A stretch of DNA of 63,837 nt, filler included, from Phoronis australis (taxonomy: Eukaryota > Animalia > Phoronida): the NCBI GenBank assembly GCA_002633005.1. It is 8 parts of 8 records of this genome, joined end to end, with 100 filler letters (N's around TTAATTAATTAA, not from the genome) between each part and the next. Parts side by side here need not be neighbours in the genome. Positions count along the whole stretch, not along the records: positions 44,962 to 56,093 come from NMRA01000586.1; positions 56,194 to 62,689 come from NMRA01002155.1; 6 more parts are not named here. One strand, 5' to 3'. Position 1 is the stretch's first letter, and each line of letters begins with the position of its first letter. Shown one piece after another: positions 49,846-62,789 of this stretch. The position numbers and the translations under genes are program-made. The notes under the pieces are model-generated. The model worked only from the letters and a program-made list of their open reading frames with translations, had not been told where the DNA came from and did no database searches.

Positions 49846-49949
49846 TCGAGAGGTCGGAGGTCAACCGAACAGTGGCTGCGTGTAAGGTGCTAATTCAGTT
49901 TCTGCTGAGCCGGCTACAGACCCACAACGAGGACTGCACCATATCACCG
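49846..49949 (+). CDS. UBR4: UBR4 exon 3
   Basis: tttcag|TC GAG...TCA CCG|gtaagt; ERSEVNRTVAACKVLIQFLLSRLQTHNEDCTISP. Confidence 0.92.
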
Positions 49950-50518
49950 GTAAGTGTCTTCAACAGCTCTAGAACGTCATCTGTTTACGTCATTGTAGAC
50001 AAAGTGTGGGACAGTCAACATAGGCGTACACTACGCTGGCCCCAGATTACCACATCGCTTGGCTGTAGTCAACCATATTTACCCATAATGCTATTGTCGA
50101 CACGTAACTAGGGCTACATGGTTGCCATGGTCAATATTGACGTCAAAGTTATCGCATGTACTTGAAGGTGTAGAATTCTACAGCATCAAGTTAATACTAA
50201 AGTTTGGCTCAACACTAAATGCTGGACACATTGCAACCATGGCAACTGATCCAGTTTGCTGATCATCTTGCAGAGGTTCAATATGGAATCAAAACAAATT
50301 AAGCCTGGTTGATGATGTAATGGCGCACGTCACTACATAACATTGGATGCGTGCGTGCGGTCTCATTTCATACAGTTATGGGGAAGTTTTCAGTGATCCT
50401 ATTCGTGCCTGGTTGGATATGTTGAATGTTCTCCTGTTGATAGGCTGATGGTGACCTTTCACGTTTTGCTGATTGGTGGATGTGACCTCTCATATGTCAT
50501 GTGTTGTCGATTTCTTAG

Positions 50519-50639
50519 AAATACCTGATGATGCTCATCCAAGGTCTATGCAAGGCTCGCTCCAGCCTTCCAAAGTCTGATGTTTTGACATTCACAGCCA
50601 TGCTGAAATCTGCAAAGCTGCCGCCTTCAGTGACAATAA
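50519..50639 (+). CDS. UBR4: UBR4 exon 4
   Basis: tcttag|AAA TAC...ATA A|gtaagc; KYLMMLIQGLCKARSSLPKSDVLTFTAMLKSAKLPPSVTI. Confidence 0.92.
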
Positions 50640-51098
50640 GTAAGCACTTCATGAGTTGTGGAGTAATCAGATGTAGTTGTCTGAAGGACAAACTTTAATT
50701 TGTTTTGAGAAACTTTTTAGTGAAAGTTACAACATGTTTTTTTTTGTTTTTTACTGTTGCTCTTGCAATGAAAATCCTGAAATTCCGTGAAAAAAGCTGG
50801 ACTTTTGCAAAGAAGGAAAAGCATAACTACAGATACTTGTTTAATTATTAATAAATAGTTAACCCCCCTCCCCCTTGCCATTGCTAAAATCCCCTGAATT
50901 GGCTATGATCTGCATTGCAAAAAGAAGAGAATACATGCAATGTGAAGAATTTTGGGAATGTAAATAATTTGGGGAATGAAAAATTTAGGCAATATGAAGA
51001 ATTTGGAGAATGTGAAGAGTTTGAGGAATGTGAAGAATGTCTTTGTCAGATTAACGTTGTCCATGTCTGGACGTCTGCTGTTTTGATGTATTTATCAG

Positions 51099-51359
51099 AG
51101 AACAACTGTTCAGTTTCAGACACCGGACCAGCATCAAAAAAGGAGGCTAAACGTCCTCGTATCGACACGAGCTCAGAAATGTTTGACCACATGACCTCTG
51201 TATTTGCGGACACGTGTGTCTCGAGCAGAGACGTTGTGTCTGTGAAGAAGAGTGTGAATCTGGATGGTGATCTAACCATATCGCACGTACTGGACCCCTC
51301 TGAGGAGATGCAACCTTTAATGGCTGCCAGAAACACGCAGAGTCTGCAGGAACTATATG
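51099..51359 (+). CDS. UBR4: UBR4 exon 5
   Basis: tatcag|AG AAC (in-frame alternative start at 51114)...TAT G|gtaggt; ...MFDHMTSVF...ARNTQSLQELY. Confidence 0.85.
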
Positions 51360-51537
51360 GTAGGTGGTGTTGGAAACAATGTACTTGTCACAATTTCATT
51401 GCTGTTTATCTTTATTCCACTGTTTCACTGTATTTTTTCCAATGTGAACTTTAGCATAACATGCATTGTAGTGTATTTGGTATTAAGAAACAACCGTCTT
51501 ACATTGTTTTCCATTTCAACTGTTCGTTGTTCTACAG

Positions 51538-51673
51538 GAAGTGACATCCTGTTAGACGTCTGTGCCAAGCTGCCGCACCTCGCCCGCTTCATGACGTGTT
51601 ACCAAGAGGCCATGGCTGGGGCCAGCTGTCAGTTGCCTAGCAACATCACTGAAGCACTTACTTTACGTAGCAG
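51538..51673 (+). CDS. UBR4: UBR4 exon 6
   Basis: ctacag|GA AGT...AGC AG|gtacta; GSDILLDVCAKLPHLARFMTCYQEAM. Confidence 0.9.
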
Positions 51674-52032
51674 GTACTAGCACTGACATGATGTGGTGTT
51701 CTGGTGTGGAGAGTACACTAGTTTTGTTTGTGTGGAAAACTTGGAGACTGAAAACAGCAAAAAACTGATGGGGAATTTTACGGTTACCGTAGTAATTGTA
51801 AACTGCTGATATTGCAGCTTGTAATGTCAGCTAATGCGGTGTGTTGTGGCTGAACTATCACAAAAATTATCGCACCTCTATTTTTTCCAAGTGGGAAAAT
51901 GACGTTTTAATGAATATTGTATCCTGGGAAGAACACAATATTGGACTGGTGATTTGTGATTAGTTGGTGAGTTAAATTTCTGTATGCCGATCCATTACTT
52001 CCCATAATTTGTACATTGACTTCCATTTCCAG

Positions 52033-52279
52033 CCTCCAGTCTGTTCTCAACGACGTCTCCATCGTATGCAGGGCATTCTCCCTCCCCCTACTGGAACCTC
52101 TCACCCCGAAGCGCCTCAGCAAGGTTGTCGCCGTGACGATGACCTGCTTGTACGCAGCTGTTGCCGTGTCAGCCACCAATGCTGTGCTCAGCCTGGCCCA
52201 CACAATTCAAGTCAAGGGGCTCCCGGTGGGTAAGGAGGAAGAGACGGAGGCAGCTGCTGCAGCCATTGTACAGAAGGCG
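52033..52279 (+). CDS. UBR4: UBR4 exon 7
   Basis: ttccag|C CTC CAG...AAG GCG|gtgagt; LQSVLNDVSIVCRAFSLPLLEPLTPKRL...AIVQKA. Confidence 0.93.
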
Positions 52280-52823
52280 GTGAGTGTATGATGATTAGTG
52301 GGCTTCACCGATGGGATTTTGAAGTGAGTGGGTGCACGTATAGTGGGTGAACCTATAGCTGGTGTACTTTGTGGTCATTGTTTGACACTACCGTAATGGA
52401 GCATTTCCTTCCAGCTCAGGAGCTAAGAGTGATGTCATTCAAGTTATGTGTTCAAGCTCATCATCCTACAATAGATAATTACCTCCATTCCTCAGCTGTC
52501 TGACCTCAATGTTTGCAAGTAAAGGGGATTGCTGCCATCACTTTTGACGCCGGGGGAGGGGGTCACTTAGTTCTTGCTGACGTTAGAAGTCTGTTAATTG
52601 CTGACGTAGCAATAAAACGTTTCAGGCCAAATCATGAATAGTTATGAGTGTATTTCATGAGTTTCGTGTTAAAGTACAACTTTGAAAATGGTCTTCTGAT
52701 AATAATTTGTGTTGTCATTTTGATATCGGTGTTGCATAATCAAGAGGATGTTTGATGTCATACATAACATATTTCATTGTGACCGGTAAAGTGTGAACTA
52801 GTCTTAATGTTTCTTCATTACAG

Positions 52824-52883
52824 TTGGAGGTGTACAACTGTGTCAGTCAGGCCATACACAACTCTACAAGAGCAGGGGGCCAG
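52824..52883 (+). CDS. UBR4: UBR4 exon 8
   Basis: ttacag|TTG...CAG|gtaata; LEVYNCVSQAIHNSTRAGGQ. Confidence 0.92.
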
Positions 52884-53304
52884 GTAATACACACACTCTG
52901 ATAGTGCAGTTACACTAAGGTTGTACGCAGCGTCCTCTCTGAGAACGTTTTGGCATCGTAGTACCCTTTGTTTTAGTCATTTGAAATGGTGACTGTGTTG
53001 ATAAGTATAGACACCTGGACATTTGCGATATCATTGTGGCGTGATGAACAGTTTGATATATGGCTCTGTGATATCAAGTGTTGGTTTGATGGCACACTGC
53101 ACAGTATTATCCAGCCAAATAGCGATATAGTATTTGAGTAAAATGTAGTAATGAGCAATAATACAAAGAAAATAGTTCTACAATAATTTTACAATGAAAA
53201 TAGTTTTGCAGTTTTGTGTTTTGCATGTAGACGTCGTTGTAGTTCACGTGATGTCATAGTACACTGCTGTCTCTGGCTCACATATCTCAATGTGTACCTC
53301 GCAG

Positions 53305-53531
53305 CATCTTCAAAACTTTCACCTGATTGGTGCTTGGTTCATCCTGCGAGGTCTACAGCACGTGCTCACGTTCACACCGGCCAACATTGTGGACCGGTTC
53401 CGCCAGCGTGTGGACAGTAAGGGCACCCCATCTGTGACTGCGCCTGGTGCTGCCCGTGCTAAGGACAGCGGTCAGTCAGTCACAGTGACCAAGGTGAAGG
53501 AAGCAGTTGGCAGGCCAGCCTCGGCCAAAAG
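53305..53531 (+). CDS. UBR4: UBR4 exon 9
   Basis: tcgcag|CAT CTT CAA...AAA AG|gttggt; HLQNFHLIGAWFILRGLQHVL. Confidence 0.88.
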
Positions 53532-54481
53532 GTTGGTAACTTGGCATCTTGTGTTACAGAAGTTTTCAACAGAAATTTGACAGAGTTGTCACGACAGGTA
53601 TAGGTTTATAATAGGAAATTTAATCATTTCAAGAACGTTTGCAAATTTTGTTGAAGTGAAGTTTTAGGAAAAAAAACCAGATGAAATAAATCTGTTGGAA
53701 ATTGGCCAATTGGTCTGTCCTGAAATACCACAGCACCACTTTCATTGTAAAGTATTTACCCACAATGCACTTGACTGTATAGTAAATACCTCACAAGTTA
53801 TCCTAATGATTATGTAATTCGCCATTGTAATATGCAGGCAAACTAGTATTATTGAGTTGCAATTCCATGAATTTCCAAAGTTAGGCCCACGTAAAGGTAC
53901 GCTAATAGGGAAGTGCTTGCGTTTACAATATGATTTGATGTAAAATTATGTTTGTTTTGGCTGGATATTATATTTTGGGGTTGTGATTTCACTCAAATGG
54001 TTGTTGTTTTGTGGTATTTGGACATATTTTGGAAATGCTGTTGAGTGACTAATTAATGGTAATTATTTGCTTTAATAAAGAATAATGAAATGTTTGACGC
54101 AGTTTCCAAAAATGTACTCCCTCCTTTCCAAAAATATTTACAGGCGTATGCCTGGTTTCATTCGACATGTTTGAAAGATAGTTTTTCGACTATCTGCCCG
54201 TTGGCCTATTTTTGGAAATTTCAGGCACTTATACCATTATGCTGTCAAAAAGGTCAAATATCATTGGTGGGTGTGCAATGTGCTGATCAATTCAAGAGTA
54301 CGTGACATTTTGAAAACTATGAGGTCAGTTATGCAGCATATTTTCTACCTCCAAAAAGAGTAGAGGTCAGTGTAGGACGGGGCTAATGTATTTAGTCTCG
54401 CTTGTTGAGTTGAAAGCGTAAAGTTTGTAGACCTTCAATTAGAGCTGCCACTATGAGCTGGTATGTTTCTTCTGTTTCTAG

Positions 54482-54584
54482 CCTGCATGGATTTGGTGTC
54501 TTCTGCGTAGCTCTCGCTTCACAGGCTGTTGACCTGTTGGTGTTCCTGATGGAAGATGTCACTGTGGAGAGTATGGTTGCCATG
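54482..54584 (+). CDS. UBR4: UBR4 exon 10
   Basis: ttctag|C CTG CAT GGA...GCC ATG|gtgagt; LHGFGVFCVALASQAVDLLVFLMEDVTVESMVAM. Confidence 0.92.
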
Positions 54585-55557
54585 GTGAGTGACGCGCTCT
54601 TTGAAGCCTGTTTTGAGCTTTCACCAATGTCACTTGAAATGAGTGAGCAGTCTCATAATTTATCAGAGTCTATGACTTTTCAAATTGGCCAGGTTATGCA
54701 AGTGAAGGAAAAATATTACACGCTTTCAGTAGTACATTGCACTTAGTAGTTCTTGTGTGATAAAATCGTCCTAGTTTCTGAAGCGCAAAACAAAATTGTT
54801 TTTTAATTTTCGCAAAGTCAGTCTTGTCCACAAGTTGAAGTTATGTGTTAAGTTAAAATGTATAATTCAAGTATGCCAGTCTCATGTAAAACTGACGTAC
54901 TTGAATAGTTGACTGACTAATTCTCCATGGGGTGTATTGAACATGCAGCGACCCTGGACTAGTAATGCGACTGCACAGGTCAATATAGTGCTTAGACAAA
55001 TGTCTGGTGTGACTGAGGCTTAAAGAATGTAGTAATTATTTGTAATCTTCTAATTATGCTAATGTATAGCAGGAACTAAACGCCAATGCTATTTGAACAT
55101 CATCTACTCTAAACTAAGTGGAGTGGTATTCATTGACAAGATGTAAATGTGAAAACAAAAAATTCTGCAAATAGATGACCTTTGAACTAATGACATACCT
55201 CGCAGGGTCACATAGCCTGCCTCAAGCAGTGTTATTCCCCAACACGACGTCACGATACTTACTGGTCATGGTTGAGTGATTTACGGCAGATCAGTGGTGT
55301 CATGTTAATTGTGACAAGTGTGGAAGTATACCTGTAAGTCAAGAGTCAGACCTGTCATTAATTGACCTATCGCAAGCTCCGCCCCCTTGTGTAATGTCAA
55401 CTAACAAACAATAGGTTTTACCCGGCAATGTGTTGTTTGTCGGGTAAAATGACGGCTTGGAAACCAAGGTGTGTCAAGAATGCTGCGTTCTGATTGGTCA
55501 GTTAAGCCGTCACTCAAAATTTTGACAATAGGTCAGTTATCATCTCTTACTCCACAG

Positions 55558-55692
55558 GCCAGTGCAGAGACGAATATGACTGAGATCTCTATTGATGAAC
55601 CCTACACAGCTTGGCAGCGGATTGAGATACTGACTAAGACTGTAGACTTGACCAGCCTACTCTACTCTGTGCTGTCTGTGACCTACAGAAAG
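55558..55692 (+). CDS. UBR4: UBR4 exon 11
   Basis: ccacag|GCC...AGA AAG|gtatgt; ...TAWQRIEILTKTVDLTSLLYSVLSVTYRK. Confidence 0.92.
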
Positions 55693-55997
55693 GTATGTTG
55701 TGCAAGACAACACCATATAGTGATGGTATTCAGGACGGCGTTCAAATCGTGTGAGCCACCCTTCCCAGGCACCATAAAAACTATGCTTGCCTTGAAGTGA
55801 ATAATTAATAGAGCAAAATTATGTGGACATTGTGCAGACATATGTATGTGTGGATTGGACAGGAATTTGTCTTCATTGTTGTTATTTTCTCTCGAAGTTA
55901 GTTTTTACCATTGAAGGTAGTTTTTAGAGTTTTCATAAGTTACCTGCGGTAAAGCTCAGTGTTGTCTGTGTGGCTCTGCCCTCTGTTCACTTTTATT

Positions 55998-56093
55998 TAT
56001 ATAAGCCAGGCTGTCCTAACTGTTCATGTTCATTTTCAGGCTGCGTCCCTTTATAAGCCAGGCTGTCCTAACTGTTCATGTTCATTTTCAGGC
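55998..56093 (+). repeat. 52-bp tandem repeat containing the probable UBR4 exon 12 splice acceptor
   Basis: ATAAGCCAGGCTGTCCTAACTGTTCATGTTCATTTTCAG|GC at 56001 and 56053; runs into the contig end. Confidence 0.85.
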
Positions 56094-57051
56094 NNNNNNN
56101 NNNNNNNNNNNNNNNNNNNNNNNNNNNNNNNNNNNNNTTAATTAATTAANNNNNNNNNNNNNNNNNNNNNNNNNNNNNNNNNNNNNNNNNNNNGGATAGT
56201 TTTTCGAAGCCCAAGACAGCTACCGATCTCTACCGGGGTCTCTTTCAGCATGCCGTCCTTAGTTGCGCCATCTTATATTCGAGCCACTCGTAAATCCACA
56301 ATAACCAAAGCATAGATACATGTCACACCCTCCCAATATACACACGGAATTATATATCATTATTAAATACATTTTTACAATACTTTTTCTTAAAGAATAA
56401 AGTCTTTTTTTCCTACAGTTCTATACCGCCGCTGAATAACAAAGGAAATCTGTAAACAGATTCAGGTCAACATTATTGTTAAACTCTAAGAAAGTCGGAT
56501 CCACTTTTCAAAAACTGTCTCTCCGGTGCGACTGTGGTCTTTCGAAATCGGACAGTTTCTAATTGTTTGCACTATCATCGATCGTTTTCGGGATCCTTCT
56601 GGCGGACCCTGGGGACAGTCGACGATATTGCAGGAAAAATTAATAGCATTCCATGGTAAATGTATTTTTTGATCACTGATTCTTATGACTAACCCAATAG
56701 CGTCTATAAAGTGCTTCTTAATAAAGTTGCCAGCATTTCCATACCAAACTGTCTTTGTACGATAACTTGATTATATTTTTTCTCACCGACATACTACCGT
56801 AAATCAAGAAAAACATCTGCCATATTTACAACTTTTGCAGCTAAATGTGAATATTTTGTTATTGCTGTTGTAATGTTACGATGTTCACCTGTTGCTTTGG
56901 TCAACAGTACAGAGTGTTGATATAGAAATATTCAACATAAAACCAGGAAAGCAATGCCATCCTGATGAAACGTGTAACAATGGTTGTTTCTTTAAAAAGG
57001 TGCACTTCAAGCCAATGATGATCATACGAGCGTTTATGTGTGAATACTCAC

Positions 57052-57144
57052 CATCCAATTATTAAGTTCTTGGTCCACATCCCACCCACGTTTTATATAT
57101 TTCACAAGTTCAGAACAATTGCCATTTTCTGCAGCTTCTCGAAC
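57052..57144 (-). CDS. Isolated ankyrin-repeat-like exon
   Basis: ttattattttcag|GTT CGA GAA...TGG ATG|gtgagt; 93 nt, phase 0-0; VREAAENGNCSELVKYIKRGWDVDQELNNWM fits the ankyrin pattern AA..G....V..L...G.DV. Confidence 0.65.
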
Positions 57145-57697
57145 CTGAAAATAATAACAAAAAACAGATTTTAAATCACAAAGTCTACATTCTCTACCAG
57201 CATGGAATCATCCTTACAAGCAGAGAGCTTTCGTAGATGATTATGAACAGTCCGGGAGGGCTTGGGTTGTTCATGGATCTTGACGTTGAAGACTGTATGA
57301 AAAACTTTTCAAACTTTGACCCATGCTCATACCAAAGCTTCATAATAACCCTGCATTATACAAACTTTAAAAACGAGAAACACATGTATCGGTCTCCTTC
57401 TGACTCATTGTGTTCACGTTGACCTTCGTGTCCATTTCACCTACTGAAACCAGTTTACCACCATTTTCATTTCCACCTATTATGTTCAATTTCAGCGTGC
57501 TGCCTACTGCAGTTAGTATCCTGCCCTCTCAAACATTGTGTTGGGGTAGGTATTTAGCCCTTCGGTACCATTTAGGGGGCATCGTCTCGAGTTGTTATTT
57601 GCTCATTCACGTAGCCTCTCGGAGTGTGTTTGTCGTTGAGGTATCGGCTCGGGTATATACATGTACATTTTATTTATTAAGGATTTTGTGGCGTCAT

Positions 57698-57725
57698 CTT
57701 GTTGTTGTTGTTGTTGTTGTTGTCG
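57698..57725. repeat. (GTT)n microsatellite
   Basis: About 8 TTG/GTT units. Confidence 0.9.
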
Positions 57726-60700
57726 TCATAACAAATCCTAGAAATACTAACAGAATGACAGCATTTAAAGCGACTGGGTGGGTTTAACAAATGAGTCAAC
57801 GTGGACCACCACCTTTATTATAACCTTGTATCAGCAGTGCTGCAGCGATGAATTTTGAGGGACTGAAAACCCGCGAAACTCTGCAAATCAACGTGAGCTT
57901 AGAATTTTGGACTGTAAGAAACGCAGACAATGTGGAACTCACATCCTTTATTTCATCAACTATTGGATTTTAACTTGACGTGTCCTTTGACTTAGATCCT
58001 CCCTGCGACACAACACCATCACTCGACTTTACTCAATGTCCCCACCCTCACTCTACCTGTTTTGCCACCCCCCTTTCTCCTTGCCTCCTTGCTCGTAACA
58101 ATAAGTTCTCCGTATCATGCCAGTTCCCATTTTTCTAATTACCTGTCGTCGGTACTTCATTTTTACTGTTTGTTCTTGATTCTTGCCCGTTTTTTGCTTA
58201 AGGTTATTTCCCACCCTCGAAATATGGTCCAAATCTTGCTCACGTTGGAATACCATATCTAACATACGGTACAGTACAGTATGTGTCATCGGATTCATAT
58301 GAATCTCTCAGACATAGTAACTGATGCGCTGTTCTCCAAAATTTTTTTTAGTAATTGTGATTCAGTTTTTGCAAAAATCGAAAGGGGCATAAATCTAAAA
58401 GGAAATTATAATTTACAAAACTGTAGTGCATTTTTGAGACTTGATGGTGTACATTGATACCAAACAGAATTCAGTAATGTTATTGATACCGCACATGTAG
58501 TTTTGCTATGAATGTAGGTTTTATGCTAAAGTTTTCTAAGACGACATAGTCACAAGAACTCATTACTTCAAATTGGTATCAAGTCAAGAATCAACTTCTA
58601 CCTTCATATAGGGACGTTTACTAAGGTAAATGTGCCATTTTGTAGATATTTGACTAAATTCACCTACAAGTCGATAGCGTCCTATGATAATCTTCAATTT
58701 GGAGGTTTTCCTACCACACCAGTCCATTTATTAATGTTCCCCTTCAGTTGAAGGATCCAAACCTATTTTGTGGACACACGATAGTGCAGTGGCGAAAGCC
58801 TGTCAGTGACGTGAAAGTTTAGTAGTATTGTGATTGGCATGGGTTTTAGACACAGACACAGCTGGTTTGACAATTTAGTCAGCATAAGCGCAAGATGATG
58901 AAACTTTCCAAGTATTACGTGAGTCGATGAAACATTTTTATCTGTGGAATCGTGGCTTCTTTTTGATTGGCTAATTGACAATGACGATTTCATCTTTCAA
59001 CGATCTCCATACTGACATGGTTTCACGGAGAACTCACTTGCTAAACCAACGAACGTCGAGCACAAAAAAACATTTGAAATCATCAGCAGCAGTATAGCTT
59101 TCAATTGCGCTTGAATTTTGCCGGGTTGACTTGCTGTAGAATAAAGTGTTCTAGCACTGAAAATACGCTCTACGTTCAAAGCAAATCACGTTGGGTTTTG
59201 CGTTTGCGTGCGCCTACGCCTAACGATTCCGTAACTTACAGTACGTAGACTAACATAAAAATGGTGGTGCTCTGTGTCTGTGTATATTTATCCCCCACTA
59301 CACCACTGCACCAGCACACGAAGAGATGGAGTCTTCTATAATAATACAGTTAGCCCCTGCTTATGGTGGTCCTCGGACGGGGCTCCTCATATTAGTACAG
59401 GAGCCTCTGCTCTAGGTGACCTTGGGTGGAACCTCTATTAATATAGGCTGTCCAATTTTCAGGTTCGAAAATTATTTTTTGCTTATTTAGTTTAAAAATA
59501 ATAAGCTATAACAATAAGCTGTTCTTACATACTTTTGTTTTTAAATAGTATTCACTAAGTTTAAAAATTCATCCCTGGCAGTCGCATTATTCTGGTATGA
59601 TTGCTGCACCCTTATACATAGATTTGGACTAAATTCAAGTCCCGACAAATGTCTACATGTATTACTTCTGAATTCAAAAATAAGTTTATCAATGTCGATG
59701 TAAAAATGCGAGTTGTCTTTGTTCGTCGCATAACGATTGATTACATTACCCAGAATATTTTCCCGATGATGATGACTTCAATAGCTATAAATTTTACGGC
59801 AAATTCTCACTTGTCTGACTAATTCATAATCAAAATGAGTATCTTACATGCAGTACACATACAATATGGCTTCGTGGTTTCGTGACTTATGTTAATTGTG
59901 ATAATGAATAATTACATTCAATTTATCTTGAAAGTCGACCATAACATTATATTTTACAATCTTTTTCATTATACGTACACCACTCAGATAATCAATAGAC
60001 AAACAGTTGGTACACCGTCAGGTTCTACCCCTTGTTTCGAGTCAATGGCAACATGAGAGACAATCTTAGATATAAAGGCCCTAAGTGCTTATCTCGACAG
60101 TATCTGAAAAGTTACCTCAAGAGGGCGCTCCATATATCATTTGACTGGATTACATCAAAAGCTGAAATCCAGAGCATAAGTGAGTTCTAATTAATAGTGG
60201 TTATAAAAATTATTTTGTTGATAACTAAGCAAAGGGCAAACTGAGCGTGTTAGCCGGTACCTCAAGGTCGCGTGATTTAAAATTAACAAAAGTCAATTTT
60301 GGGTCATTGGCATCCCAGGATTTTTTATGTAAAAGCCACTGAATAAAAATATATATATTTGCTAAAGGAAAGTACAGTTTTCAAGTTCCAGTTTAAGAAT
60401 TTTCCCGGAGCGCTCGGTTCTTGTTGCTTTGTTTGATAACGCGGTGTTGTAAACTACAGGATTGTCATTTTGTATATCTTTCCTAGAACGAGCGCGGTAT
60501 AAAATACATAATAAGACACTGAAGTGAAAAAACAAGAAACCGTAAGTAGCGCCACCTCTTCATTGAAACAGTAAACAGTACTAGTTGATAGTTGCGAGAA
60601 ATCACTTCACGTGAGTGGCATTTTTCCGTGCACCATCCCTAGCGAAATTGCGTTTTATTTCCATCAAAATCTCTTTTAAATGAGACTTTTTTCTCATAAT

Positions 60701-61676
60701 TCCTACAAAACCTTTTCCAACTTGATTACCCTTAAAACGACTTACTTTCAAGTACGAGACTTAACTGGAAAGATTGGGCTCCAATGTCCAATATCAAACG
60801 TCAATGTTATATTGACAAATTTTTGTTTCAACAGCTGCACTCATTGTTCGGTTGCTTTCAGGATCAATAAAAAAAACGCAGCTGTACATAAACTCTTACG
60901 AAAAAAGTAGGTTCTGAAAGATAACATTTTCATTGAAGCTTCTGCCTCGTAAATCGGCCCCCTTTTCAAGTCCTATATCAAAATGAATGAGTATCCTAAT
61001 TTGTTGACCTGAATCAATCCCATTTGTCAAGCATCCCCTCTCTCTATTATGGTTGATCAACAAACGGGTGAAAGACATCGAGGAAGCAGCCTGATCTAAT
61101 TCGTCTTAGCATAACAAGTAAAGACAAACAGTGAAGGGTTCCTATGTACTAATCTGGTTTTGTTAAAAAAACGTCTCGTTCGTTATACGGAAGCTTACAT
61201 TTTCACTACGTGTATGCCATGTATTGATGAACAAAACCACTTGATTGTTTTCCAAAGATCAGACTCGGAAATGCAATCACAACCATAAGTAAAACACCAA
61301 AACGGAATTTTATGTGAGTTTAAAAACATCATGACAGACTTCTATGTGTGTTTAAAAATGTTGACTAGTAGTGCAGGATATGCCGACTTCTTGAATATGT
61401 GAATTCATAGGTCACTGGCAGCGGGTAAGGCATCATGAAGTGAAAGACCGGTTACGTGTCTGCAAACTTATAGTACAATGTACTTCAAAGACTGAGGTTT
61501 ACATCGATATGCATTGAATATATATAGGGGCACATGCGGCGAATAAGTATACGGTAGTTGACAAACAACTAACTTGTTGAACTCCGACCGATGAGAAAAA
61601 GTGACATGTACAGTGTAGAGTTTATTGGCAAGAAAGGGATACGTTACACTACATTGAAAAACTTCCTCAATTCGAG

Positions 61677-61790
61677 GAGGCAGTGTGGCCTGGTTGATTA
61701 GTGCCCGCTTCCTTTACTCGAGATCGTGGGTTCAATTCCCACCAGGTCACACTGCTAAACCCTTGAGCCAGGTTTCTAGCTCCTCAGCTC
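61677..61790 (+). mobile_element. tRNA-derived SINE (degenerate)
   Basis: A-box-like TGGCCTGGTTG, B-box GGTTCAATTCC, then a CORE-like CCCTTGAGCCAGG. Confidence 0.55.
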
Positions 61791-62136
61791 GGTTTTAACC
61801 ATATATCAATAAAGCATAAAAATATTTCCAGGTGATCAGTGCAATGGGCCCACATGCAAGGCCTGCGCACAACATACAACGTGTACGTATCAGCCCGCCT
61901 GCAATTACTTACTAATTACTACAGGGTTTAAAGCACTAGCAGGGACATGTCGCTTACACAAGTACTACTGAGACACCGTACAGTGTGAACCTGCTGATGC
62001 ATTTGACCCGGTAACAAAAGATAACGTTCATCTAAGCACACTGCATCATGTGATTTATCGCCCCGGAACCGCGAGCTTTTACATGAGTTGTCATGGGCAG
62101 TGTGAGCGAGTCAACATTGACTGTTTTTCTTGGCTT

Positions 62137-62415
62137 CCCAGTAAACATGCAGGTACTGGGCCAATACTGGCCCTGAAATGTCTTCTGTATTGGCCCAATG
62201 ATGCAGGCCAGTACTGGCCCAATAACATTCTGCACACCTTCCCCGTATTGGCCCCGATACCAGATAGCGGTATCGAGCCAGTAAAGGACCAGTACCACGC
62301 CATTACTGGGCCAGTACACCAATAACCGGTTTCGGCCCTGTAAAGGGCCAGTATTGACAGATTGTGTTGGTCCAGTACAGGGCCATTGATGGGCTCCTAT
62401 CAAGCCAGTACACTA
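62137..62415. mobile_element. End of non-autonomous DNA transposon with subterminal GGCCCAGTACTGG-type repeats (EnSpm/CMC-like, tentative)
   Basis: Begins CCCAGTAAACA, followed by many direct and inverted TACTGGCCC/GGGCCAGTA units. Confidence 0.45.
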
Positions 62416-62789
62416 GCTGTGACTTACAAGAAGAAAAGACTCTTGTTCTTTAATACTTTTATTACTATGAAACTGCTCAGGTAAAATACTTACAAAAAAT
62501 TATGAATTATACAACTAACAACTAAGAAACTAATTATTTTTAACAAAACTGTCTCGGGCTTATTAGTGGACTGGCAGCTTCACACAGTCTTCACGCTCCC
62601 TCCCTGTCTCCACCGTTTCGGAACATGGTGCCTCTTTTACTACAAAGTTTGCATTAGCATTACTGTGCTCCTTGACCACAATCCCTGAANNNNNNNNNNN
62701 NNNNNNNNNNNNNNNNNNNNNNNNNNNNNNNNNTTAATTAATTAANNNNNNNNNNNNNNNNNNNNNNNNNNNNNNNNNNNNNNNNNNNN

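Larger units (their letters stand above)
45990..55692 (+). other. UBR4: Gene span: E3 ubiquitin ligase UBR4 (p600), first 11 coding exons (536 codons), truncated at contig end
   Basis: All exons are GT-AG and phase-consistent. Peptides VKPLVAASYSA, EPFYSSYVALTSHY, AACKVLI, TFTAMLKSAKLP, SLPLLEPL, STRAGG, QNFHLIGAW, HGFGV, QRI and TYRK occur in the same order as in the recalled human UBR4 N-terminus. Confidence 0.95.
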
